From Ostreococcus lucimarinus (taxonomy: Eukaryota), in assembly GCA_000092065.1 (NCBI GenBank), contig CP000582.1: 64,000 nucleotides of DNA; one strand, given 5' to 3'. Of this stretch, positions 1 through 12,200 are shown piece by piece. Under the pieces are notes generated by a model. The model saw only the letters and a program-made list of their open reading frames with translations. It was not told where the DNA came from and searched no databases. A program made the position numbers and the translations under genes. Numbering within the stretch: the stretch's first letter is position 1; every line of letters starts with the position of its first letter.

Positions 1-2695
1 GGTCACTAAAAGGCATATCTTCTTCTGGCCACAGGAAGCTGAGAACGCCCTTTTGTCCATGACGACTGCTGAACTTATCCCCTATGACTGGATTTCTATC
101 ATAACGAAGAGTAATAGCAGCACGTTTGTCATTCTTCGTCGCAGCCTGCTTAACAGACTGAGTTAGCACAACCTTATCTACTACCGCTGCGTCTGTTCCT
201 CGAAGACGAATCGATCTACCCTTGGTTACACCATCTGAGCTGTGTAAATTTAGAAGTGTGTCGCCTGGCCGAACAATAGAGCCCAGCTGCACAGAGCCAG
301 TACCGTCGAGCTGCTTATTTTCACTGGTATAGGTGTTATCCCTCCGACTTAATGTCTCATTTGCTGATATACCCTCAACAAGCGTTTTGTATAATGTGGC
401 ATGTGCGAAACCGCGATGGAGCGAACCCTTGTTCACAATCATTGCGTCTTCCATGTCGTATCCAGTGTATGCAATGACGGCTACAACTGCATTTGTGCCA
501 AGCGCATAATCGTCTAGCGAATATTTGTCGTAAGTGCATGTTAGTGCTAAGGGTCGCTGCGGAGTATGTAAACGGTAAAGTTTGGTATCACTCCGGTAGC
601 AAATAGTGTGCATTGGTGTTCCCATCGTCTGCTTGGCCATCTGGCACTGATACATATTACGGGGACTCTGATTGAAGTCGGACCAAGGCGTTAAGCTTGC
701 GACGCAGCTTAGCGCAGAAGTGTTTCTAATCTCTGCGTGCGTATATGATGCATTGTGACTTTCTACTTGATGTGCAGAAATAGAAAGGAAGGCTTGTTCA
801 AGTGTACCGATGAACTCAACTTTCATGCTCTCTACTTGCTTCACTGGTCTCATCAACCTAGAAGGACCATAGAAAATATACAAACCTGGAAACAAACCAT
901 GTTCACCACCGGGATGAATATAAGAGATTTCACTCATGCGCAAAACTGACGTTGTCAAGGTCACCTTAAACGCTCTCAGAGCAGAAATCACATGGGATGC
1001 ATTTTCTGCCGAGATATAGCCTACAAACGAACCTTCCAGCACGACTGGAACATGCGCGTATCCACAGTCATATTGTTCTACACTAATAAGAGCCCTATCC
1101 AGTACCGAGTGTATCTGCAGTAAACGCTTTTGTTGAAACACATGATCTGTGTCAGGCATGACAATTTCACACATCTCTGCCAAATGATTCAGTAAACCAC
1201 AAGGTGATCCATCTGGGGTATGTACTGGGCATAAGAAGCCCCATGATTCGGGTAAGAGCTTACGAACAGTTGTCGTGCGTAGTTCCATAAAATACGCTCC
1301 TCTATGTACGGAGCGAAAGTGTGAAATATACCTGAAGTAATTTAGCTTCTCTGCAACAATAGTAAAACCACTTGTTTGGCTTAAACCGAGCCCAGTTGGA
1401 CTAACTAAGTTCCCGGTGGCTAGGAAATATTCCACTACTTTCCCTACATCACTAGAGCCAGATTCATTGATGAGATGCGAAATAGTCTCCTCACTCCAGC
1501 TGCCCTGTGTGCGTCGAAGATGCGTCACTACCTTCTGGAAAGCTATCCGCACCTTCTCACGAATCATAGCTTGAAGGAGGAGGCCGGGCACCAGGACTTC
1601 TTGATTGACTAGCGAGTCCGGGTCGTCGGGACTACACCGACCCGTCACGATCGACAGAAGCTTACTCAACATGAGAATCAGCAACGACAATTTGTCACCA
1701 TTATGTTGAAGATGAACATAAATAAAATCTTCGAGAAAGCGCTCACCGACAGAAATATCACTTTCGTCAGAAGAAAGATCTAAAAGTGTACGAAAATGCT
1801 GTCCTAAGTAAGATAACGCACACATTTGCGTTCGTATTTGAAGTTCATGACATTCTCGTTGAAGTAGAGCCAAACGGTCCTCAATGAAGGTTTCATCAGT
1901 TCCAGCGCTTCGCAAATGCAGGCACACTTGCCGATACATCTCAGCGTCAGAGCATACTGCAAGTGCCCGTAATACTATGCCAGCTGGTATGAAAAACTCT
2001 TGTCGTCGATGCTGGAGAGCCAGACGTAGCGCACCGGTTCGCATATAGTGCAAGCGAACTATAGACGAGTGCTCATCCTCAGTGACACAGCGAATGACAG
2101 TAGCGAACTCAGAAAACAAAGGTGAGCGTTTCGTAAAAGCTCGTCGGCAGAGTCCAAGAATATGATGCCTCCGTTGTTGTATGATCATACGAATCATTCG
2201 TTCGATACCATTGATGATGAAATATCCTCCTGCTTCGTGTGCTTCTTCACCACGTGCCACTAGTTGTGCTGGAGAAAGTAGTGCGAGCGAGCAAACATCA
2301 GACTTGACCATCACTGGACAATCTCCGAGATTTACAACGCGTCTCTGCACATTTTCTCCATCTATTTGCCAACAAAACTGAACTGAGAGTGGCGCCTTGT
2401 AACTTTCACCTCCTTCACGACAACCTCTGGGCGTCTTTTGACTCTCCGTGCGTCCCGAAATGCGATGGCGAAATTTAAGTGACTCCAATTTCAAGTCCTC
2501 AAGCCATAGCATGAGTTCTGGACAGCCAGCCGATTGTTGGAACTTTTCAGGTTTCACACATCGCAATATCTGATCGAATCCCAGATTGGTGAGGTGATTA
2601 AACGAGTCTACGTGACAAGCAAACAACTTCTTTATTGGTACCTCGGAAGGAACCGAGTCGCCTGTTATTTCTGGCGAGTTTGCGTTACGCATCCT
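1..2695 (-). CDS. RPA2: DNA-directed RNA polymerase I second-largest subunit (A135/RPA2). The N-terminal ~898 aa are present; the gene runs off the window start. Not in the ORF track because it is edge-truncated.
   Basis: Hand translation of the minus strand from 2695 (MRNANSPEITGDSVPSEVPIKKLF...) to position 1 gives one uninterrupted ORF. Pol I-specific motifs are present: NQSPRNMYQCQMAKQTMGTP (Pol II has ...NTYQSAMGKQAMG), GYDMEDAMIVNKGS and DKFSSRHGQKGV. Confidence 0.85.
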
Positions 2696-3082
2696 CTTTC
2701 GCTACAGAACGATTGTCGAACTCGTGTAGGATGGTGTGGTGTATACGCAACAATCTTCCACGGCGTACAGAGGCGTTCAAGAAACGCATTCCAGCGTGCG
2801 TTCTTCCGCGTGTGTTCTGCCGCCGCCGCCTGCCCCTCACCTTCTCCTTTTGACGAACGACATGTGCCATTACCATGTGATATCTGATAGGGTTAATTGT
2901 ATCTGTAATAGTTAAAGTCTTTAAGTGTTGTTGAAATATAGACATCTATATTTGATGTCGAGATATAATACATGATTCCAGAGGACGATGTTCGCGAATA
3001 AAACGACAAAAGGTTTCTCGCCGGCAAACGTAGAAGCCTGGGGCTCACTTCGAGGTTCAAAGCTTCGAAAAGGGTACCGCTC
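2696..3082. promoter_or_regulatory. Bidirectional promoter region between divergent RPA2 and HisC
   Basis: A 387 bp AT-rich interval between head-to-head start codons at 2695 (-) and 3083 (+). Confidence 0.4.
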
Positions 3083-4718
3083 ATGATCTCGCACGTTGGT
3101 TCCATTAGAAACTTCAAAGGTCTAAGTTGTAGCCGGTCGCAGCACAAGACTCATACGTCCAGGAAAAATCATTCCGCCAGTCGTTTATGCTCAAGACTCC
3201 AAAGCTCTTCTGGCGATATCAGCTCATCGAATTTCGTGCGGAAGCATATTTTAGATCTGCAACCATACACTCCTATTGTTCCCTTCGAAGTGCTTTCGGG
3301 TCAGTGCTTTTTGGAAGTTCCTCTCAATTCTTTGTCCTTAACTCGAGTCTAGAAAAACTCCAGCGCCCTATCACAGAAATAGTCAAACTAGATGCGAACG
3401 AAAATCCGTATGGTCCGCCGCCAGGTACTTGATTTTGACATCAGACATTCAGAAACGTTGAGTAATCCTCAGATGTGTACGATGCACTTCGGGACATCAA
3501 ATATCCTCACATATACCCGGATCCTGAGTCGAGACGGTTGCGAGCAGCACTCGTAAGTGGACCTAATTTACTTTGAAAAGATATACCGGTTTGATTTTCC
3601 ACTTCTTAGGCAGCCGAATGCGCAGTTCCGACAGAAAATTTATTAGTTGGTTGTGGTGCTGATGAGGTGGGACGATATCTGGCGATAAGTGCTATTTATA
3701 ACCCAATTCCATAGCTAATTGATTTACTGTTAAGAGTGGTTCTGGAGCCAGGTGATAAAATAATCAATACACCACCAACTTTTGGAATGTACTCTTTCGA
3801 TTGCAACATTAACGGTGCGTGAAACTAATGACTTATATTCACACTATGCTCAAAGCTACCCCAGCTGGTGACGTGATCGATATATGCCGTGGGCTCTCAT
3901 TCAAGATAGATGTCGAGGCGATTGAAGCTGCCGTGAAGACTCACAGCCCGAAGCTTCTGTTTCTGACATCTCCAAATAATCCAGACGGTAGTCTTATTGA
4001 GGAAGACGATCTCCTCCGCCTGCTTCGTCTTCCAATACTGGTCGTGCTGGATGAGGCATACATCGAATTCGCCAGTGCGAAGAGTTACATAACACAAGTG
4101 CCGAGCCGCAAGAACTTGATCGTTCTTCGAACTTTCAGTAAGCGGGCTGCGTTAGCAGGTGGATTGCTCAGATGTGTTTCGAATTTTTACTGACGCATAA
4201 TCACAGGTCTTCGGGTAGGCTACGGCGCTTTTCCGTCCGATCTGATCGAATATATATGGCGAGTAAAGCAACCATATAATGTGTCTGCTATCGCTGAGAC
4301 AGCTGCGCTGGCAGCGTTGTCAAATCCTTCTTACTTGCAGGTACGAGTCATCGATCGACGCAAATGATAGTTTTGACATGTTAGTTCAGGAAGTACGCGA
4401 TAAAATTGTGTTCGAGAGGGCTCGGATGTTTGGGTTACTATCTGAGTTCGACTTTCTTGAACCGTTTACATCAGAATCGAATTTTATTCTTTGCAGGTGA
4501 GCAGTTGCTTACTTCAGCGCGCAAAACTTGTTGTAATTTTTTGTCCCAGGGTCAAAAGAATGAGCGCCGAGTACGTGAAAGCATGTTTGCTTGAACGCGG
4601 TGTTGTCATTAGGCACTACTCTTCTCCGAAAGAAATCGCCGACTGCATACGGATTTCAGTTGGTAGACCAGAAGATACAGATGCAGTGGTGTCCGCACTA
4701 GCTTCAATCAAACTTTGA
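3083..4718 (+). CDS. hisC: Histidinol-phosphate aminotransferase (HisC/HPA-type), multi-exon, about 8 exons. The first intron is 3304-3356.
   Basis: Exon peptides include ...[14 protein letters not shown]|[25 protein letters not shown]|[27 protein letters not shown]|[18 protein letters not shown]...[38 protein letters not shown]...[18 protein letters not shown]|VGYGAF...[24 protein letters not shown]. These match plant-type HPA closely. Introns are GT..AG and 50-60 bp. Confidence 0.8.
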
Positions 4719-4843
4719 TTGAATAGGAGTAAGAGGACCGTAGAATATTAAAATATCTCTGAAAGACGAAAGTATTTAAACACAATTCACTTCCTTCGTT
4801 CGCCTATGTTTGTCCTAATGAACTTTTTAGAGCTGAGTTAGTT

Positions 4844-5261
4844 TTATAGAGAAGTCACCACCTTGAACTGTGCTTGGCGGAGACGAAACACGCTTTGAGG
4901 TATCTTATAGCACGGATCTTTTGCTATCCTCTGCCTGTGATATTTTAACTGCATTATGGCGGTCTGAAACAAACATGGAAAACCTCCTTCATGAGTATCG
5001 TAAAAAAATCGCACCTCTATGCAACTGGCGTCTGTACTGTCACCTGTACTGTCATCTGTGAGCTTCTCTAGTGCATCAATGAGGTTGTCTAAACTCTTCA
5101 ACTACGGCTTATTCATACGGCATATTCGACATGTACAAGGTTTAAAGTACCTGTCGGTGCGGCCAGCGATGTATACCGTATTGTCGACACCTCTTTTTAA
5201 GAGCAGTCGTCCCCATTCCCAACTCTTTTGCGGCGTCTTCAATTTTGAGAACGGCATACAT
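4844..5261 (-). CDS. RWP-RK domain protein, 2 exons (5151-5261 and 4844-5101, intron 5102-5150)
   Basis: Exon 1 reads MYAVLKIEDAAKELGMGTTALKKRCRQYGIHRWPHRQ, which has the RWP-RK signature. A GTAC...CGTAG intron of 49 bp follows. Exon 2 reads LKSLDNLIDALEKL..., the conserved helix that follows RWPxRK. Confidence 0.5.
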
Positions 5262-5266
5262 ACTTA

Positions 5267-5737
5267 TCAATTGCTACCTATTTCTGAGTGAAGTGAATCG
5301 GTGATACGACATCGTTGCGCACCTGCTTGGATGTCATTTGATGCGTGATATCTCCACGCCTCGTAGTGTTCCTCGCAGTATTCCTTTCGATCTCCTCGAA
5401 GCATTTCGTAACGCTCGGCGAGCGTTACACGAGCGTCGCTCGCGTAAACGCTTGAAGCTCTATCATGGTCCGGATATACTTTCGGTCTGATAACCGGATA
5501 ATTTTCATTGTACAATTGTAGGATTAATACGTGCGTGCTTACAGCTACATCCTGATGGAACATACGATAGCAATAATTGCGCGTCCAATGCTTCGAGCCG
5601 TATAATCGGGCGAAACACCAGGCAGTCAAATCGACTGGTTCGGACACTTCAGCACTTGTAACCCGATCCTCACACAGCCCGTCGACCTCAAAATACCGCT
5701 CAAAATAACGAGAGGGGTGCGCGAAAACCTGCAGCAT
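5267..5737 (-). CDS. Hypothetical protein. It may be the N-terminal part of the RWP-RK gene, joined through a short intron.
   Basis: A 157-173 aa ORF on the same strand ends 5 bp upstream of the RWP-RK ATG. Its frame can be joined to the RWP-RK exon by removing a 41-nt GTAGCA...TTGAAG interval. The ATG at 5788 would overlap the YchF start, so Met at about 5737 is more likely. Confidence 0.3.
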   Translation of the reverse strand: MLQVFAHPSRYFERYFEVDGLCEDRVTSAEVSEPVDLTAWCFARLYGSKHWTRNYCYRMFHQDVAVSTHVLILQLYNENYPVIRPKVYPDHDRASSVYASDARVTLAERYEMLRGDRKEYCEEHYEAWRYHASNDIQAGAQRCRITDSLHSEIGSN

Positions 5738-5764
5738 AGTAAAAGGAACTGAACGAATCTCGAC

Positions 5765-7024
5765 ATGCTGGCACAGAAGTTCGCACATACAACGTTGAGA
5801 AGTTCGGTGGCGCTTCGAGGTGACGGCTGGTTCTTAAGCGGCAAGTTAACCCTTCGTACGAAAAGTTTTGGCCCTGCACGCTCACGCACTTTGCACTCAA
5901 ACTGCCGAGCATCCCTAAAAACTGGTATAGTTGGACTTCCCAACGTCGGCAAGAGTACACTTTTCAACGCATTGGTCGAGAACAGTCGAGCGCAGGCAGC
6001 TAACTTCCCCTTTTGTACAATCGAGCCTAACTTTGGGACTGTGCCGGTGTTGGACGGCCGCCTAGATGTTTTGGCCCGGATATCAGGAACGAAAAATATT
6101 GTGCCAACTGCGGTCGAGATCGTCGACATCGCCGGACTCGTGGAAGGAGCGTCAGAAGGCCAAGGTTTGGGTAACAAATTCCTTGCAAACATTCGCGAGT
6201 GCGACGCCATCATTCACGTCGTGCGTTGTTTTGATGATGATAACATTGTTCACGTGAACGGAAGTGTTGATCCGAAGAGAGATGCAGCAATCATAAATTC
6301 AGAGCTTGCATTGTCTGATATGAGCCAGATTCAAAAACGCATAGATAAAGTGCGTAAAAGTAAAGGCAAGGTGCACATCGATGGGCAGACGGCTGAAACT
6401 GAGATTGAAATACTTTCAAACATTCTTACGCAGCTTGAAGACGGTAAACAAGTAAGACAACTCAAACTTAACGAAGACGAACTTTTCGTAATTAAAGAAC
6501 TCAATCTCTTGACGGCAAAACCTTGTATATATGCTGCCAACCTACCAGAAGGTGATCTTCCAACAAATGGGGCTACTAACGTCCATTTCCAGGCCTTATC
6601 CAAGCTTGCGACCGACTCAGAAGCTGGACTTTGCGCTGTTTCGGCACAGGTTGCCGCAGAGTTGAAAGATTTAACGCAAGAAGAGCGCGATGACTTTCTT
6701 TCTTGCATCGGAGTGGAGAGTGATGGCACAAAAGAACTAATTGAAGTCGCGTATAGGCAACTCAACTTGCTGACATATTTTACAACAGGCGAAAAAGAAA
6801 CGCGCGCGTGGACGATAAAGAGAGGCTTTACGGCTCCACAAGCAGCAGCTGTAATACATACAGATTTCGAAAAAGGGTTCATAAAGGCTGAGACGGTTCA
6901 TTATGATGACTTTGTGACAAGTGGAGGATTTGCAGGGGCCAAAGAAAAGGGAGTTTGGCAACTGGAAGGCAAAGACTACGTTGTTCAGGAAGGTGATGTG
7001 ATAGTTTTCAAGGTCAACGCATAG
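5765..7024 (+). CDS. OLA1: Obg-like ATPase YchF/OLA1 with a short N-terminal extension, intronless
   Basis: GIVGLPNVGKSTLFNAL, NFPFCTIEPN, DIAGLV.GAS.G.GLGN.FL and a C-terminal TGS domain (...TAPQAAAVIHTDFEKGFIKAE...). 419 aa. Confidence 0.85.
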   Translation: MLAQKFAHTTLRSSVALRGDGWFLSGKLTLRTKSFGPARSRTLHSNCRASLKTGIVGLPNVGKSTLFNALVENSRAQAANFPFCTIEPNFGTVPVLDGRLDVLARISGTKNIVPTAVEIVDIAGLVEGASEGQGLGNKFLANIRECDAIIHVVRCFDDDNIVHVNGSVDPKRDAAIINSELALSDMSQIQKRIDKVRKSKGKVHIDGQTAETEIEILSNILTQLEDGKQVRQLKLNEDELFVIKELNLLTAKPCIYAANLPEGDLPTNGATNVHFQALSKLATDSEAGLCAVSAQVAAELKDLTQEERDDFLSCIGVESDGTKELIEVAYRQLNLLTYFTTGEKETRAWTIKRGFTAPQAAAVIHTDFEKGFIKAETVHYDDFVTSGGFAGAKEKGVWQLEGKDYVVQEGDVIVFKVNA

Positions 7025-7032
7025 CTTAGCTA

Positions 7033-8756
7033 CTAGTTCAAGTCACTAGAATTTATAATCGATCCATCTGTGCCCATGACCAATGTTCTTGGCACCCAGC
7101 CACGACCGTAGTCATCGCAACCTAAATCGCGCAGTGCCGCACTTCCAACATCAATACATGACCTCGGATGCAAAGCCTTCAGGTCGTGGAGTTGAGCTGT
7201 CACATTATTGGCCACGAGATAATCCTAGTATATGCTACTTTTAAAAAATAAGAAGGTAAAACAATGATGTTCATACCCTGGTATCCTGATTTCTAACCGC
7301 AATATTCCTGATGAGAATACAGCATTGACGAAGAACTTTACCACAAGTTTCCTGTGGCATCAACTCTAACAGCTGATCGACCCCACCATTTGCTCTCAAT
7401 TCATTAGAAACTTCTACATTCCGAAGCGCCAAAGCCGCCAAAATACTGATCGAGTTCTCACGCACTGAACTTACTGGGGTAATTTACACTCAGATACAAT
7501 GCGATAGAGTAGTAAACCGCTCACCTTCGCACGTCATTAAGGAGACAAAAGTTTTGATAACGTCGAACTTTAGCAGGATTTCTTTGCGCGAGTCGGACAA
7601 TATAAGGCGCCGAACGCATCTGCAGCAATGGTTCAGTAATACTGCGTCCCTTCGACGAGATATTATTGCCTGTGTGGACATGACAAAATTTGACATCGAC
7701 ACAACATCAAATTCACATACCAGTAAACTACTTAAAACATCTTCTGGCACGCTCCTACATATCTTCTCGCTTGTCAACAGGTGAGAAAACTGCATATGCT
7801 GTGAAACAAGATTCTTGCATAGGGAAGCTTTACTTACTAGCTTGAATAAGACCACAGATGTCTCAAGCTGACTCGACTGTACTTGTTGGAGAATAGCTGC
7901 GGTTCCTCAGATTGCTGATTTCACAGGGACGGAAATTACTACATACCGTCATTAACTTTCGCCAACAATCCATGCTCGTGTAATATAAGCGCATGTCTAT
8001 ATTTATTGCTTGTTGAACTCTCTCTGTCATCGTCGATTAAAATCGCGGAGAAGAGTTCACAAATCGCCCGCATCAAGACTACATCAGAGGCACCAAATGC
8101 TTCAGTGAGGATGGTGAGCGTGCGCTCCTGGCATCTCTTGAGTCTTGTTCAATGAAGAGCGAAAAGTAACGTACGGTCTTCATCAAAATTATTTTCGCAT
8201 CACCGTGCTCCTTCGTGACACTTGCTAAGAAAGAGCACAAGGAAGTCGACAACGTTCGGCATTCCAGTAAAGTGAGGAATGCGGCACTTTTCAAGACTAG
8301 ACGTCGGTTCTCGTGTATGATCATCATCGCTGTGTAGGTACGAATGAGACAAAAAATACGAAAAAAACTTTTACACGCACCTGTTAAACAATTTAGAGCG
8401 CGGTCGCGTAGTGTTTGAGCCAAAGTTGTTTTGCAGCAAAATTTTAGAAGAATTTCTATGATTTCTCTTTGACCAGCAGTGCAAGCGAAGTCGACGATGT
8501 TTGGACGGAAAACAGACTGATCTGACAAATATGATTCGAATGAGACGATCGCAGACGTGAGCTTGTCTTCTTCACTATTTCCCCAGGTTTCATCTTCTAT
8601 CTCAGCAAGAGGACAGATCGAAGTCAGAAAAGTTTGCACAACTGCTGTGAAAGTATTGCAGTTGACTTGTGATAAGCTTGTCGCAATGCTTGAAATATCG
8701 AAGCCCTGCAAGGCAAACTCCTCTCTAGCTTCAATCTGGGCTGTAGTCGCATCCAT
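7033..8756 (-). CDS. Armadillo-repeat protein (ARMC6-like), at least 4 exons
   Basis: Consecutive minus-strand ORFs 8079-8756, 7490-7855, 7271-7465 and 7033-7215 carry ARM-like repeats (...NGGVDQLLELM...LIRNIAVRNQDTRV...). The C-terminal ...GSAALRDLGC... resembles the ARMC6 C-terminus. Exon joins were not resolved. Confidence 0.45.
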
Positions 8757-9200
8757 TCCGAAGTTTTCTACGTACGAAGTAACAGCTTCATCGTATGCTT
8801 CCTGTAGGTCGGTTGAACAAAATACCCAAAAACAGGCTCATGACCGACCTGTGAGAGACGCATCACATTCGGTCGCTTTCGCTAGATTTAAGACTATTGC
8901 TCGCGACCTAGGTGAAAACGTAACAGTTGAAACTCACCGCGCGCGCTGGATTTTTGTTAAACTTGAAACTGTGCGTCTTCAAACTAGGGCGCTCGGCGCT
9001 TCGCCGTCCAGTTTGTCTTTGCACCACTCTGCAGTCTCGTCTCCCGCTTTCTAGCCTTCATACGCTCTAAGATAAATAAAGTTCAGTCGACAATTTGACA
9101 GATGAAACCACTCCGCGAAAACAGAAAACCGAAGCAGTTACCCATAGTCGCTGGACTACTTCGTGTCGGGGGACGCTGTGCTCACCAAGGACGGCAGTAA
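8757..9200. promoter_or_regulatory. Bidirectional promoter (ARM-repeat gene / THOC2)
   Basis: Head-to-head start codons 444 bp apart. Confidence 0.35.
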
Positions 9201-12200
9201 ATGTCGAACACAGATGATCGCTTTGCATCTCTCATGCAAATTTCACGCGATGACCCCAGTAATTCAGATGATTACTTTTGGGTGCGCTTGAGTGCCGCGG
9301 AAAGCTCGGCGCTCAGTGTCGATCCGTTGACCCTTCAGAACGAGATACATGCGGATCATGCGATGGTCAATGGGCTTTTGCTGAATGCAGACACAAATTT
9401 CATAGAAGCACAGCGATTAAGCATCGGTTCCTGGTCCAGAAAAGAGTTGAGAACGAACACGAAGATCACGTACCAACTACCGAAATCGGATTTACTTGCA
9501 GAAAATCTCGAAGGTTATGCACGAGCGCTGTCAACACTTAGAATGGATTCGCTCACGACGTCAGGAAGACGTCACTCGAAATTGATCGTCGAAAGCCACA
9601 CTCTTATGGGCCTTTTCAAGCTAAACCCTCTCCGGGTGTTCGATTTAGTCTTTGACTCAGTCAGAGAACTTGCTGACTCCAAACACGGCGATGCTTTTGC
9701 AACATCGTTGGAATCTAGTACTCATTTAAGCGATATAATAGGGTTTCGCTTGACAAGGTGCGCCGATTTCAAACGACGACACAAAATCGCCCAGTTCGAG
9801 CTGAAAATCGCTGCTGAAAAAGAGAACACTGAAATCGGTAGACTGTATCCTTACCTGCTCCCAGTTGACCGATCTCTGTATGATAAAGCCCGAAGCTTGC
9901 AAGGTGTATCGCCCGTAGACGAGTTATACTCTGATGAGCCAAAGTTTTTGTTTCTGGAATCGACTGGAAGTAAAGCCGGTTTGTTGCCTATTCAAGCGTC
10001 GGTCGAAAGGATCATCAGACTGGGTTGTGGTACTCATGCCCTGCCGAAACTTCGGGCGAAAATGTGTGAGCAACTTAAAAAGAGAATACATGACGAGAAG
10101 GAAAAACATGACGAGAACCAGAAATTGGAATCTATTCTCCGCATCGTCTTCTTTCTTGGACCAAATGTATGCTGTGATGCAGCTCTAACGACTGAACTTC
10201 TTAAGTACTTCCAAAGAGTTGTCGCGAATAAAAGAGAGCATTTGAAATTGATCGAACCTGCTATTGCAAAGTGTTTGCTACCAGGATTACCACTTCTGAG
10301 GCCGAATCCTTTAATATGTGAATACATCTGGAAAGTTGTCCATCAACTTCCGCTTGCATCACGCGGAAAAATATACAAACACGCCATGTTTGTCACGTGT
10401 AGCACTCGACTGACTCAGATAAAGAGTTCAGCCGATAAATCAATAATGAGGATCTTACGAAGATTGTCAAATCAAAATGCAAAAGAGCTCGGCCGTAAAC
10501 TTGGTAAGCTCGCACTTTGTCACCCTTTAACGGTGACGAAAGCAGTACTGCAACAGGTTCAGGCGTATCCAAACATGATTGCACCGATCGTGCAAGCTTT
10601 GAAATACTGCACCGCACTAACTTTCGATACTTTGACCTTTTCTGTCCTCGAACATTTTACCGAGACAAAATCCAAACTCAAAGAAGATGGCCAAAACTTT
10701 TCGCTATGGTTTTCTGCTTTGTGTTCTTTTTCTGGAACATTGCTCAGACAATACCATGACATTGAACTTAATGACCTATTGCGGTACATTTTGAAAAAAT
10801 TAGACGAAGGTGAAGTGTTGGATTTATTGATATTAAAGGATCTTATATCGAAATTGACTGGTATCGAAATCTTGAAGGATGTCAGTTCGCTTGAGATTCA
10901 AAGAATGGCGGCTGGAGAAAAACTTCGAGGACTTCACGAGAACTCTACGAGCACTGACTCAAAACGACGGATGAAAGGAATTTTGCGTTTACGCACAGCA
11001 ATTGAAGGGTCGGACGCTTCGAAGAGTATGATGCTTCGATTACTATTAGCAATAGCGAAATGTCGCCAACGAATTGTTCTGAAGACGGCAAGTGCTCAAA
11101 TGAAATTTTTGGGTCAACTTTTTGATGAATGTCACGTTGTTCTATTGCAGTATATTTCGTTTCTTCACACAGCTTACAGTGTAGCAGAGCTCAAGAACTC
11201 GCTGCCAGAGATCCAATCTCTTCTGTGTGAACACCAACTTGATGCTGCTGTCGTTTTCCATTTGTATCGTCCAATTCTTCGGCAAACACTATTTTCATCT
11301 CTGGATACAAGCAGCTCCCTTGCTGAAAGTCACAATCAATACTGGAAGAAACTAAGCAGAGATGTTAAGGCAAGTCTCCATTCTGACGAGCTTTGGGGAT
11401 TGGTATCGCCAGAATTCTACCTCACTTTTTGGTCGCTCAATCTCGAGGATGTTTACGTACCCAAAGAGCTGTATGCAAAAGCGCGCGCGCGGACTGTGAA
11501 ATATGGTTCAACTGCATCGTCAACGTTTGATCAAGTTACTCAATTGCCTAGTAATGTTGTTCACGACGAACTGGCCGAGAGTTTAAACGTAGAGCTGCAA
11601 CAACTTATTGAACATGTTTCCAGAGGTACACAGTGTATTCTGAGAAAGAACTCAACCTGGGTGCAGACTGCGGATAATTTGTCTCCTGCGAGTGTCATTT
11701 TGGAAACATGTGTACTACCAAGGTGCAAAATCTCACACGCTGATGCGTTGTATTGCTCAAATTTTGTGGAGCTTGTTGGTCGAAGTGACACAGATTCCTT
11801 CAGTTTTATTCAGTATTACGATACACTATTCCGTAACGTATCATATCTCATCTATGCTTGCAGTGAATTTGAAAACAAATTTTTTGCTACTTTCTTGACG
11901 AGTGGTATGGCTCAGCTCACACGTTGGAGAGCGTGTGATGTATATAAGAGAGAGTGCTGGCAGCGCTCTGAATTTCGTAATTGCTTGAATCAGAGCAGTG
12001 TCGAAGCAAGTTTCAAAGACTACTTGAGGGTTCTGTACAAATGGGAGCATAGGTTGACGAAAGGCATCCTGCGTAATCTACAGAACGAAGACTACATGGA
12101 AGTCGCCAATTCGTTGAGCTCTCTAATAGCAATCGTTGATACATTTCCTGTCACTGAACTTTTAGGCAACTATATCTACAGCCAAGTCAAAAGAATCAGT

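Noticed and set aside
5626-6882. Long minus-strand ORFs (5626-6213, 195 aa; 6331-6882, 183 aa) overlapping YchF
   Set aside because: They are antisense shadow ORFs of the well-supported YchF CDS, Ser/Cys/Pro-rich with no motifs. Codon periodicity follows the plus strand.
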